Source: a virus (Duplodnaviria > Caudoviricetes). From it: 25,057 nucleotides of DNA. A program made the position numbers and the translations under genes. The DNA lies in the IMG/VR virus record IMGVR_UViG_3300032312_000722, positions 1 through 25,057 of that record, one strand, 5' to 3'. The notes beneath the pieces were generated by a model that saw only the letters and a list, made by a program, of their open reading frames with translations, ran no database searches and had not been told where the DNA came from. Shown piece by piece: positions 1-8,368 of the stretch (position 1 is its first letter; each line of letters starts with the position of its first letter).

Positions 1-65
1 GCCCCGCCACCAAAAGGCAGTTTTCTTCCGTTGTTTAGTCCAACATTAAGACTTAGCGAGGGCAT
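1..65 (-). CDS. N-terminus of a gene running off the left edge (MPSLSLNVGLNNGRKLPFGGG...), probably a virion/tail-associated protein
   Basis: ATG at 65 on the minus strand, frame open to the window edge, directly downstream of the head genes and a hairpin. Translated by hand. Confidence 0.55.
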   Translation of the reverse strand, partial: MPSLSLNVGLNNGRKLPFGGG

Positions 66-76
66 AAAATTACAAT

Positions 77-119
77 GCAATCACCCGCCAAGGACTTGAA
101 CCTTTGGCGGGTTGACTGC
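77..119 (-). terminator. Long intergenic stem-loop (terminator or processing site) with a T-loop-like apex
   Basis: Minus strand GCAGTCA-ACCCGCCAAAGG-TTCAAGT-CCTTGGCGGGT-GATTGC forms an extended stem. It is followed by an AU-rich stretch rather than a clean U tract. Confidence 0.55.
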
Positions 120-129
120 TAATAGGTAA

Positions 130-366
130 TTAGCCCTTGTAGGCGATCACACGTCCAGTTCCAGCAGTGAAGCTGTTAAACCGTCCGTAGATTATGTTCC
201 CGGAACCGATCGTCACGCCTGTCAGTGTGCCATCGAAGTCTCCCGCAATGGTGCTGAAGGTCGTGTCGGCCAGCATTTGGAGAGCCCAATATGCTTGCCC
301 GGCAACGCCTGTGGTGCCAACGGTAAAACCGTTCCTGGCTCCAAAACGATCTAAATCGGCAGACAT
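130..366 (-). CDS. Small putative virion protein (Gly/Thr-rich, beta-rich)
   Basis: 78 aa ORF coupled to the upstream gene by TAATG at 366; lies in the head-gene cluster. Confidence 0.7.
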   Translation of the reverse strand: MSADLDRFGARNGFTVGTTGVAGQAYWALQMLADTTFSTIAGDFDGTLTGVTIGSGNIIYGRFNSFTAGTGRVIAYKG

Positions 367-557
367 TAGCTGTAAACCGGGATCTTGTAGTTGGTGCCGT
401 TCAGCCGAACTGTGATGCCAAGGGTAGAGGTACCCGAGACAAATGTTCCTGTGGTTGCTGTCGTGATAAACTCGACGGCAACTGTTTCCCTGGCTGAGTC
501 AAGCCGGATGGGCTTGCCTTTTGCTTTCAATTCGCGACGCAGATTGATGTCACTCAT
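366..557 (-). CDS. Small putative virion protein
   Basis: 63 aa ORF, ATGA overlap with the upstream gene, C-terminal VRLNGTNYKIPVY beta-hairpin. Confidence 0.7.
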   Translation of the reverse strand: MSDINLRRELKAKGKPIRLDSARETVAVEFITTATTGTFVSGTSTLGITVRLNGTNYKIPVYS

Positions 558-847
558 GGATCTAATTTCCTATGTTTTGCCCAAACTTGTTTGATTGTAT
601 CGGCTTTATGTCTTGGGCGGAACTTAGAGCCGAGTTTTTGTTCTAGTGCGTGATAACCTTTTAGAATGTTGCGACCATCCATGGCCGACGGATGATATGC
701 TGGTTCTGAACCACAGTTAACAAGTCTGAAGTTAGAGGGAAAGTTGCGTCGTTTTAGCTTACTCGGGACATTGTCCCTTTCGTCTACCGGACGCTCGAGC
801 GTTACAACGCCCCCGGTGTCCCTGTCTTCGTACTCGTAGAGTGGCAT
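554..847 (-). CDS. FmdB-like zinc-ribbon-derived protein lacking the cysteines
   Basis: N-terminus MPLYEYEDRDTG matches the FmdB pattern MPxYEYxCxxCG, with the cysteines replaced. Confidence 0.6.
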   Translation of the reverse strand: MPLYEYEDRDTGGVVTLERPVDERDNVPSKLKRRNFPSNFRLVNCGSEPAYHPSAMDGRNILKGYHALEQKLGSKFRPRHKADTIKQVWAKHRKLDP

Positions 848-1191
848 CAGTCTTCCATCATTTCCCCGCCGTCCATCTTGACGGCTTCATTCCTGAGACG
901 CTCGCCTTCGGTTTCGGCTTCTGGAGATTCTTCTTCCATCTCTCCTTCTGCCTCGCTTACGCGAACGACGGCAACGCCTTCTTTGATTTCAACAACTTCT
1001 CCGGTCAATTCAACCATATCGCCAACCATAGGCTCGGCCTGTTCGGTTTCTTGCGAGATAGCTAGATTTTCGATCGGAATATTTACGATGTTAGCCATTT
1101 TTGTCCCCTTGCTTTTAGGCTCGGGCCCGGGGAGATTTTTGCCTCCCCGAGCCTTCGCTTCGGGCCCGATCATTAATACGATCGCGCCCAT
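847..1191 (-). CDS. Acidic hypothetical protein downstream of the capsid gene (alternative start at 1098, MANIV...)
   Basis: 114 aa ORF. An AAGGGG RBS-like sequence precedes the ATG at 1098. Glu-rich C-terminus. Confidence 0.65.
   Translation of the reverse strand: MGAIVLMIGPEAKARGGKNLPGPEPKSKGTKMANIVNIPIENLAISQETEQAEPMVGDMVELTGEVVEIKEGVAVVRVSEAEGEMEEESPEAETEGERLRNEAVKMDGGEMMED
1118..1153 (-). terminator. GC-rich hairpin just downstream of the capsid gene
   Basis: Minus strand CGGGGAGG-CAAAAA-TCTCCCCG with an outer GGCTCGGG/CCCGAGCC pairing option. No strong U tract. Confidence 0.4.
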
Positions 1192-1195
1192 TTAA

Positions 1196-2215
1196 TTAGC
1201 TGACTTCAGAACGACTAAACACGACTCGGTAGAACGCTCCGTTCAACTGAACCGCGGTGTAGTACGTTTTGACAGCGACCGAGGTCACCAAATCCAGAGG
1301 GTCGGACTTGTCCGGACCTTCTGCAATTAGGACCTTGGGGCTATAGGGCGAGTCGCCTGTGAGGCTAGGTACGCCGAATGCCTGGTCACCGAGCACAATG
1401 TTCGCCAAGAAAGGCGCAGTGCTGGAGTTATAGGACGCAGCTGCAGTGCCAGAGATGGCATTAGCAGAAGCAGAACCGAAGGACAGAATGTTGTGCGACA
1501 ACAGAGTCTTCACTCCGTAGTACGCGCCAACTTCACCCTTCAGCAAGCTATCCGTGCCCGAATAGTGATGCGCCTGGATATAGTCGTCATCGTTGAGGAT
1601 CGAACGAGCAGTACGAGGATCTGCGACCAGGACGTATCCGCCCTTGATTGTAGGAGCCTTGTCAACCCGGAGTGACGTCACGGAATCGAGCAAGTCGAGT
1701 GCCGTGAAGGAAGAGTTGGCTGCAGTCGCGGCGATGAATGCCGTCGAGTTGCTGTTCTGCGCGTAGCGGACCGAGGTAGACAGAGTGCCAGTTCCGGAGG
1801 TAGTTCCGGTCGTGAGCACACGGTGAACCAATGTATCCGCGTGAAGCGCGTGATCTTCCGCGAGTTGAGTCGTAGCCTGCGCCATTGAATCAAACAAGTT
1901 TGTGGCCTGCAAGATATCAGACAGCTTGACCAAGCTGGCAAACTGTTGGAGGGTCGCGCCGACAGTCGACAGGGTCAACTGACGTTCTGCGCCTGTTCCA
2001 GCGCTTGTGCCTTCCGACGTGATCTCAAGGATCGAGCTAATGCTAGGATTGTCGTAACGGAAAAAGCGAATCTGCTTTGAGCCGTTCTTCCGGGGAAGCG
2101 CGGCTTTCATTCCGAATTGTTCCATCTGAAGGATGGGCAATTGACGTTGGAGCAACTCTTTCGAGAAGTACTCCTGGTAGGCCGCTGCGAGCGAGCCAGA
2201 GGTTACTAGTGCCAT
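1196..2215 (-). CDS. Major capsid protein, N4-gp56 family
   Basis: 339 aa. Motifs LPRKNGSKQIRFFRY, KGEVGAYYGV and DKSDPLDL..VAVK typical of N4-gp56-like capsids. Strong AGGAG RBS; follows the scaffold gene. Confidence 0.9.
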   Translation of the reverse strand: MALVTSGSLAAAYQEYFSKELLQRQLPILQMEQFGMKAALPRKNGSKQIRFFRYDNPSISSILEITSEGTSAGTGAERQLTLSTVGATLQQFASLVKLSDILQATNLFDSMAQATTQLAEDHALHADTLVHRVLTTGTTSGTGTLSTSVRYAQNSNSTAFIAATAANSSFTALDLLDSVTSLRVDKAPTIKGGYVLVADPRTARSILNDDDYIQAHHYSGTDSLLKGEVGAYYGVKTLLSHNILSFGSASANAISGTAAASYNSSTAPFLANIVLGDQAFGVPSLTGDSPYSPKVLIAEGPDKSDPLDLVTSVAVKTYYTAVQLNGAFYRVVFSRSEVS

Positions 2216-2242
2216 ATAATTTTATCTCCTGTTGTCTAAACC

Positions 2243-3199
2243 CTAGTTAGCGTCGTCAAATTCCATCGCCATTCGGCGAAGTTCGGCACCTTGTTCTGCA
2301 GTGGATAAATCCTTAAACTGCTTCTTGGGCGCCGGGGTTGACGGTGAACCAACTCCAGGTTGTAAACGTTTTTTGAACTCCGCATTTTCTTTGCGGAGCT
2401 TTTCGACTTCATCTGCTAATCCGGTTGAGTTATCCGTTTTAAGAGCAAGCTGTGCGATCTCGACTGCATCGACGATGCCGTCAGGATACTGGCGAAGGAC
2501 TGCTTTTGAGTTAAGTAGTTCTGCTACTTTTTTATGCAGGCTTGAATTTGAATCCTTTAGATCTGGATGCTTATCAACCAATCTGTTTAGATTCTCGTTC
2601 CAAGCCTTCTCGCCCATCTCCTTAACTTTTCTCTCTTGAGATTGTACTTCGTACTTCTCAACCTCTTGAGCTCTCTTATCGGCCTGCTCGGCTAGATCTT
2701 CTCGACCCTCTTCTCGGAACTGCTTCGCAGCGTTTCGGTAATCGGTCGCGTCGAACTTGCCTGCTGGTCTCTCCTGGTCTGCCTTCCGCGCCTCATCACG
2801 TTCGCGCATGAATTCCTGGCGCTCACGTTCCAAGCGTTCCTTTTCGGCCTTAGATTCCGCCTTAGCTTGCTGAATGGCATCCCATTCTTTCTGCTGGCGG
2901 TTCTTTAGCTTCTCGTACTTGCTGGGTTCCTTGGCCTTGTCGGATGACTCAACCGGACTCTCAGACTCTGTCGTTGTTAAAGAACTATCACCTTTTTTGT
3001 CCACGACTTCGGTCGTAGAAGGCGAATTTTCTGTTTTAGGTTCTGTCGTCGACGTGGGGTTCGACTCGATCTTCTCCACTGGTTCCGACGTTGGTGTCGC
3101 TTCCGGTTTTGCTTCCACTCTATCTGGAGGGATAATCCCATCCTCAATCATGGCCGCTCTTCGTAACGATTCCGCCGTCAGTTCTATTCCATTACCCAT
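2243..3199 (-). CDS. Capsid scaffolding protein
   Basis: 318 aa, acidic/Pro/Ser-rich N-terminus, charged coiled-coil middle, directly upstream of the capsid gene. Confidence 0.75.
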   Translation of the reverse strand: MGNGIELTAESLRRAAMIEDGIIPPDRVEAKPEATPTSEPVEKIESNPTSTTEPKTENSPSTTEVVDKKGDSSLTTTESESPVESSDKAKEPSKYEKLKNRQQKEWDAIQQAKAESKAEKERLERERQEFMRERDEARKADQERPAGKFDATDYRNAAKQFREEGREDLAEQADKRAQEVEKYEVQSQERKVKEMGEKAWNENLNRLVDKHPDLKDSNSSLHKKVAELLNSKAVLRQYPDGIVDAVEIAQLALKTDNSTGLADEVEKLRKENAEFKKRLQPGVGSPSTPAPKKQFKDLSTAEQGAELRRMAMEFDDAN

Positions 3200-3281
3200 G
3201 CTAACCCCTTTACTCCAGCCCCGAGATGGTTAACGATCTCAGGCGGGATTGTGACTAGTCTATGTACTCCGCGGGCAACCT

Positions 3282-3569
3282 CTAGTCGTCTGCCCCTCCC
3301 GCGGGATGAGTGGCATCAATTCCAAGGGAATCGATAACTGCCACTGCAGATCTGAAACCTATGGCAAACCCACATGCTGTCAAGTCGCCTTTTTGAACTG
3401 CGCTAGAATCTTGCCTAATAGTCATATTTCTTAGGATCGCGGCGAACCTTACGCCATGCTCTGATCTCATAAAACTGCCAAGCGACCTGGCGTCTTCTTC
3501 GGTCCACTCGGGTTCGTCTACCCACTTGGTGAAGCGTATAAAGTTTAAGATTGCCCTTAGTCTTGTCAT
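3282..3569 (-). CDS. Small head-module hypothetical protein
   Basis: ATG at 3569 overlaps the FkbM stop (ATGA). It occupies the usual small-gene position between portal and scaffold. Confidence 0.65.
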   Translation of the reverse strand: MTRLRAILNFIRFTKWVDEPEWTEEDARSLGSFMRSEHGVRFAAILRNMTIRQDSSAVQKGDLTACGFAIGFRSAVAVIDSLGIDATHPAGGADD

Positions 3570-4366
3570 AGAATGCTTTCCGTCGAAAAACACAAGTTGT
3601 ATACGTTCTCAAACTTGGGCTCCTCGTCCATTGGTAGTTCTTTCGGCTCCTGACCCTCAATCAACCAACATCTGTACCCAATCTTTCCCATGACCTCTCG
3701 GACGTCGCGGTAGCTGTGCCCCATTTGAGCCAGCCCAAAATTATTTATCTCAAGCGCAACAATTGGCATGTTTTTTTTAAGCAGATCGATCATTCCATTC
3801 AGCCCCAGGACCTCCGCCCCCTCAATATCCATCTTGATGAAATCTACTTTCCCGAATGAGTCGTAATGATCTAGCGCAATAGAATAAGACACGACCTTCT
3901 GTGGGGATAGTCTGCTCTTTTCGTTAAAACTGTGCTTCCCACAATCCCATAGCGAGTGACCGCCGTCGTTATCCTGGTTAAGCCAAAACTGCACAGGGCC
4001 AGAGTCGTTTGAGATTGCCCAATTGTGCGGTCTTATGTTTCTAAAATTATTTAACCCGGCATTCATTACCAGCATGGAATAGTTGTCCGGATTCATTTCA
4101 AAGGAGTAAACCTCCCCATCCTCTCCAACCAGCTTCGCTGCGATCATGCTGAAGAACCCAACGTGGGCCCCAACGTCAATAAATGTATCTCCGCGCTTTA
4201 GCTTTCTAAGAATGAGCGCAAACAGCGCGCCCTCGTATGCGATGTTCTTTTCTAGGTGCGAACCAATATATTTCTGGCTCGTCTTTGAGTAATCTAAAAC
4301 TATCTTAACAGGGCCGTCGGAAACCCCTGGAAGTTCAATATTGAATATCTTAGACGGCTCGCTCAC
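3566..4366 (-). CDS. FkbM-family SAM-dependent methyltransferase
   Basis: FIDVGAHVGFFS SAM-binding motif, VYSFE, IKMDIEGAE..L.G and P++.+E motifs. Confidence 0.92.
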   Translation of the reverse strand: MSEPSKIFNIELPGVSDGPVKIVLDYSKTSQKYIGSHLEKNIAYEGALFALILRKLKRGDTFIDVGAHVGFFSMIAAKLVGEDGEVYSFEMNPDNYSMLVMNAGLNNFRNIRPHNWAISNDSGPVQFWLNQDNDGGHSLWDCGKHSFNEKSRLSPQKVVSYSIALDHYDSFGKVDFIKMDIEGAEVLGLNGMIDLLKKNMPIVALEINNFGLAQMGHSYRDVREVMGKIGYRCWLIEGQEPKELPMDEEPKFENVYNLCFSTESIL

Positions 4367-6270
4367 ACCATCGGTTGTTGCATGTTTCCTGGCATCTGTC
4401 CAGCCATTTCCTGGGGCGGGAGTTGCCCCTGAGCGCCCTGCAATTGTCCCTGCTGTTGCTGTTTCGCCCTGTTCATTTTCTTGAGTTCGGCAGTAATTGC
4501 CCGGGCAGTGTTCGGATCGATCTGTTCCAACGCTTGCAAGTGCTGGTCCAAATGCTGACCGATCGCCTGTGCTGTCGCCTGGTCAACCTGGCGGAATCCT
4601 TTTTCGGCCGCTTGCTGAAAGTCAAAGATGATCTCAAGATGAGCCCTATGATCGTCGGTCGGTTTAATCGCAATCGGGAACGCGGTCGTCATCATCGCGG
4701 CGAGTTCCTTCGCTTGCTCTTCCCTCTGCTCCTGTTGGTTCATCATCGGGTCTTGGACCAGGCGACGCACCAAGCTGGGATCGTCGAGCTCGAGCACGGA
4801 CTTAACAAGTTCGGCCTGGTTGATGAACGGAGACTGTCCGAGCAATTGCATCCGGGCTACTGCCTTTTGAAGTTGGAATTGGCGAGTTTGGAAATCGTAC
4901 CCGCCCTTGGGCATGATCGAATACTGTTCGTGCAATGCTTCCGGAGGAACGGTCCCGGTATCCTCTGCATATCGGAAATTCAAATCCTTCTTGTCGTACT
5001 GCAGATAGATCGACCAGCACTGCCGGAACAGGCGACCTAGCGACATGCGGAACAGACGGTTTCTTAAATCAGCACCCGCGGACCCGGTGTTCACCAACGC
5101 TTGAATTTCAGTCGCTGTTTTTCTGGAGCTACCGGGTTCCGAGGGATTGTTGCCTACGCCAAAATCGATCGTTCCAACTCTCTGCTCTGCCTCTGCACGT
5201 TCGTCGTACATGACTCGCATGAAGTCCATCGGAGGGGTCGTCATCTGAACAGGCTTGATGCCCTGGGGCAGGATCTGCCCAGGTTGCATTTTTAGATTCG
5301 CCATGTTGAGAGAAACAGGATTGTCGGCCTGGAACAACGGACGGTTCGCCAGTTCCAAGAAGTCGAGCATGGAGTTCTTTAGCTTCGCCAGGGTCATCTC
5401 ATTGGCAGCCAAGATCTCCGCAAGTCCGCGGGATGAGTAGAATCCTCCGTTGGTCAATTCATAGCTAAATTCTGTGAATGGGCATTGCTTGTGCTTGTAG
5501 GGAAGAACAAAATCTTCACGCACTGGATCAGTTGTTGCTAAGGGCGAGTACGTCGCAACGTTCCACTCGTCGTCTTCGTTCCTGGTGTAGATCTCCCAAA
5601 GAATGATCCGGTCCGGGCGAGAGTCGTAGGTGATGCCTTCGCGCTGGTAAACGGCTTGTTCCTTTTCGGTATTGATGCCCTCGAACTTGGTCCCGCGTCC
5701 GGCAATCCTCTTAATAAAATCCTCGTCCTGGTTGTAGGCCGCTACGCGCTTATACTGCTCCACCGATAGCACCATGACGTGACAAAGATAATCGGCGTCG
5801 TCCAAGGCAACGGTTTGGTCTGGCACAATGAACCTGGTCGGATCGATCGCCTGGAAAATGATTTCCTTCTTGCCCTCGTCCCAAATTGATTTGAGTACTG
5901 CCCGACCGAACAAGAGCATGTCGTCGATTAGGCGAACGATCTCAAATTGAAATGCGGTGCGCTCCCGGATCTTGTAGTCGAAGTATCGTTCTGCCGTAAC
6001 GGTAAGCGGAACCAACTGCTGGCGCATAGGAACAAACCCGGCGACGACGTCGTTGCCAAGGGCTGAGTTGACGTAGTTAGGTTTGAGTCTTTCAATAATG
6101 CGATCAATCAGCGCGACGTGCATGTCCGCCGCGGTCGGCCATGGCTTAACCTTCCGGCGCATTCCGAACGTGCGCATCTCATAGAACTGCCTCTGCCGGG
6201 CGTCCCATGTCGCGCGGTTCTTCAGATCCCGGAGGATGCGCGTATGAAGTTCGTTATTTATTGGTTCCAT
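4363..6270 (-). CDS. Portal protein (podovirus/P22-like)
   Basis: 635 aa between terminase and scaffold. Motifs LLFGRAVLK, CPF, YSSRGLAE, KTATEI and a Gln/Met/Pro-rich C-terminal tail. Confidence 0.85.
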   Translation of the reverse strand: MEPINNELHTRILRDLKNRATWDARQRQFYEMRTFGMRRKVKPWPTAADMHVALIDRIIERLKPNYVNSALGNDVVAGFVPMRQQLVPLTVTAERYFDYKIRERTAFQFEIVRLIDDMLLFGRAVLKSIWDEGKKEIIFQAIDPTRFIVPDQTVALDDADYLCHVMVLSVEQYKRVAAYNQDEDFIKRIAGRGTKFEGINTEKEQAVYQREGITYDSRPDRIILWEIYTRNEDDEWNVATYSPLATTDPVREDFVLPYKHKQCPFTEFSYELTNGGFYSSRGLAEILAANEMTLAKLKNSMLDFLELANRPLFQADNPVSLNMANLKMQPGQILPQGIKPVQMTTPPMDFMRVMYDERAEAEQRVGTIDFGVGNNPSEPGSSRKTATEIQALVNTGSAGADLRNRLFRMSLGRLFRQCWSIYLQYDKKDLNFRYAEDTGTVPPEALHEQYSIMPKGGYDFQTRQFQLQKAVARMQLLGQSPFINQAELVKSVLELDDPSLVRRLVQDPMMNQQEQREEQAKELAAMMTTAFPIAIKPTDDHRAHLEIIFDFQQAAEKGFRQVDQATAQAIGQHLDQHLQALEQIDPNTARAITAELKKMNRAKQQQQGQLQGAQGQLPPQEMAGQMPGNMQQPMV

Positions 6271-6514
6271 TATTCCTTGCCCTTACTTCGTATTCTAAAT
6301 CGTTTACCGTGTTGATTGCGTCGTATGCCCAGGATTGAACGTTAGGAGTAGATCTTGTGACCTCTTCAAACCTTGGGTCGTTGATCAATCTGTCCGCGTT
6401 CCCCGACGTTCTCACCACTGGGTCTACGGTTGCGCATCCACCAAGTGCTACCACCAAAAGAAGCGTCGATGCGACTGCGAGCGTCAGACCATTCTTTCCT
6501 AATCGCAGACTCAT
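6254..6514 (-). CDS. Outer-membrane lipoprotein, o-spanin (Rz1-like)
   Basis: MSLRLGKNGLTLAVASTLLLVVALGG-C lipobox. Overlaps the upstream single-TM gene in another frame. Confidence 0.7.
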   Translation of the reverse strand: MSLRLGKNGLTLAVASTLLLVVALGGCATVDPVVRTSGNADRLINDPRFEEVTRSTPNVQSWAYDAINTVNDLEYEVRARNNGTNK

Positions 6515-6590
6515 TGCGCTCACGTTCCCCGGGGAACAATCCAACAATTGCCTTCAGCAATTCGATAAGAGCGCCAATCCACGAAAACAC
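6366..6590 (-). CDS. Putative i-spanin (Rz-like)
   Basis: N-terminal hydrophobic/amphipathic segment followed by a charged region; the lipoprotein gene starts inside it. Confidence 0.55.
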   Translation of the reverse strand: MFSWIGALIELLKAIVGLFPGERERNESAIRKEWSDARSRIDASFGGSTWWMRNRRPSGENVGERGQIDQRPKV

Positions 6591-6596
6591 AAAATG

Positions 6597-6758
6597 TTAT
6601 TTGGCGTCGGCAGCCTTGATCAACCCGACTCCGGCGATGATCGCGGCGATGAGTATTCCAAGATCGGGCACTTTGCCTGTCTTCAAAAATTCCACCGCTG
6701 CTCCAGCGACGGCTACTACGATTGACAAAACTCCAGTTGCAGTTGTTTTCCAGTTCAT
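6597..6758 (-). CDS. Putative holin, 53 aa with two TM segments (not in the supplied ORF track)
   Basis: Hand translation MNWKTTATGVLSIVVAVAGAAVEFLKTGKVPDLGILIAAIIAGVGLIKAADAK, preceded by a GGAGG RBS. The NWKTT...G.I.A.DA pattern is common in small phage membrane proteins. Confidence 0.75.
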   Translation of the reverse strand: MNWKTTATGVLSIVVAVAGAAVEFLKTGKVPDLGILIAAIIAGVGLIKAADAK

Positions 6759-6775
6759 GTTGTTTTCCTCCCGGT

Positions 6776-8335
6776 TTATCCCCCGACATCCCAGCCGGAC
6801 ATTTCGTTGTCCGCGGATGCCTGCTTCATTAGTTCAAGCAAAGATGGACGCGTGTATGCCATTGTCAAGTCGTAGTCAATCCCCGCGTTATCGCATGCCA
6901 TCGCAACCGCGTCGGCCCTGTCCGGAGATGCCACTCCCCTGGACCGCATCGCGTCTTTCGACTCCAGGCCCAGTTTACCGCGAGACGTGGCTTGAGCTCT
7001 CCTGGTCACTAGTTGGCTTTTGAGAATATCGTCTTCGGGCAGGATGATGTCGCAAGTATCGATCTTTCTGGCTAGGCGGTGCCACATCTCGGAACCCTTG
7101 TTCTGGTACGCGTCGTTGTCCCTAGCGTTGCCACCAAAGTTAATCCGGTTCACGGTCCACCCGGCTTCGTTCAGCGCGTCGCACATCGGCAGACCCAGGC
7201 CCCCGGCGTCGGCGAATACTTGCTCCGGCTTAACCCCGGCTTTCTTTAGCTCCATAATAATCCGACCGACCGTTGCCATTGTGTCCCTTTCGCGCCATGT
7301 GATCAGTGGCAGGATTCGGTTGCCCTCCCGGATTGCGATCACGTTCTCGTCGCCACCCGCGGAAAAGTCGATGCCAGCTGCCCTGTCTGTCCCATTAGGG
7401 ACAGGAGGGTTGTTTACGCAATTGTCGTAGCTGCCTAAGCTCACGACTAGGCGCTCTTCGCCCAGGTCCATAAATTCTGCCTTGAGCATCGACTGAGTAA
7501 ATGGGCTGTTGATGCCATAGCGCTGTTGAATCTCCTGTATGTACAAAGGGCTGATATGGGGACAGTCCCAGGCGGTCGCTCGGGTCTTTTCCCACAGATC
7601 TGCCTCCTTTGTAAAGCATCGGTAGAACTGACCTACCGGAGCCCCCGGCGAACTGGCGACTAGTAATCTAGTTGGTTGGCACCGAAACACTGAAACGTAG
7701 ATCGGATCTTGGACGGTCTTGGCCTCATCGACGACGTACAGAAGGGGAGCGCTTTCATGGTTCGCAGCGTGGAAACCCTCCGCTCGGCCTGCTGATTCGT
7801 TGTCATTGCCTGCTGTAAACCCCAAAATTCGGCTTATACGCCCCGAGGCGTGCTTGAAGCGGATTTCCCCACTGGTGACCTCAACCATGTCCCCGAAGGG
7901 CCTTAGAAGGGCTTTAATCGCAGGCCAGAGCACGGATTCAACCTGGCGATACACCGACGCAGTAACGACTGACAAAGACTCCTCAAAGCATACCATGTGC
8001 CAGACTAGGGCCGGGGCGATGACATTTGACGTCTTGCCGGAACCGTTCGCAGCCACTAGCGCTACCCGGCTATAGATCGGGGCCAGGTTATTCATGACCT
8101 CTTTTTGCCAGGGGTATAGATTTAACCTGAGCACACCCTCCGCGAATCCTGCCGGGGTAGCTTGTTCGTCAACCTTCGATGCCGGGCCGGGTTTCGATGA
8201 CCCCTTTTTATTTCTAGCCGAATTTCTGAGGGGGGTCGCGCGCGCGCGCGCGCGTGTGGGGGGCCCCCCGGGGGGGGTGTCGTGGGGGGTCGGATTTTCC
8301 TGGGGTGTCGTCTTCACAATTTTATTGACTTCCAA
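6776..8335 (-). CDS. terL: Terminase large subunit (start codon uncertain)
   Basis: Walker A AANGSGKT, Walker B LLYVVDEA, coupling motif ASSP, and RNase H-like nuclease motifs GIDFSAGGDE, FADAGGLG and SPDRADA. Confidence 0.93.
   Translation of the reverse strand: MEVNKIVKTTPQENPTPHDTPPGGPPTRARARATPLRNSARNKKGSSKPGPASKVDEQATPAGFAEGVLRLNLYPWQKEVMNNLAPIYSRVALVAANGSGKTSNVIAPALVWHMVCFEESLSVVTASVYRQVESVLWPAIKALLRPFGDMVEVTSGEIRFKHASGRISRILGFTAGNDNESAGRAEGFHAANHESAPLLYVVDEAKTVQDPIYVSVFRCQPTRLLVASSPGAPVGQFYRCFTKEADLWEKTRATAWDCPHISPLYIQEIQQRYGINSPFTQSMLKAEFMDLGEERLVVSLGSYDNCVNNPPVPNGTDRAAGIDFSAGGDENVIAIREGNRILPLITWRERDTMATVGRIIMELKKAGVKPEQVFADAGGLGLPMCDALNEAGWTVNRINFGGNARDNDAYQNKGSEMWHRLARKIDTCDIILPEDDILKSQLVTRRAQATSRGKLGLESKDAMRSRGVASPDRADAVAMACDNAGIDYDLTMAYTRPSLLELMKQASADNEMSGWDVGG
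8230..8305. repeat. (CG)9 tract plus G/C homopolymer runs, candidate packaging (pac/terminus) site
   Basis: G6 at 8230-8235, (CG)9 at 8237-8254, G6C6G8 at 8258-8277, G6 at 8284-8289, next to an AT-rich block at the terS/terL junction. Confidence 0.6.
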
Positions 8336-8368
8336 ACCCCATATAATATAATTCTAATATTGGTCGTT

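Noticed and set aside
6520-6789. 89 aa ORF from the track between terL and the spanins
   Set aside because: The overlapping 53 aa frame at 6597-6758 has a clear RBS and a recognisable two-TM holin-like sequence.
4375-7430. Long plus-strand ORFs (e.g. 4375-5040, 6430-7023, 7020-7430)
   Set aside because: They are antisense shadows of portal, lysis and terminase genes with no motifs or RBS.
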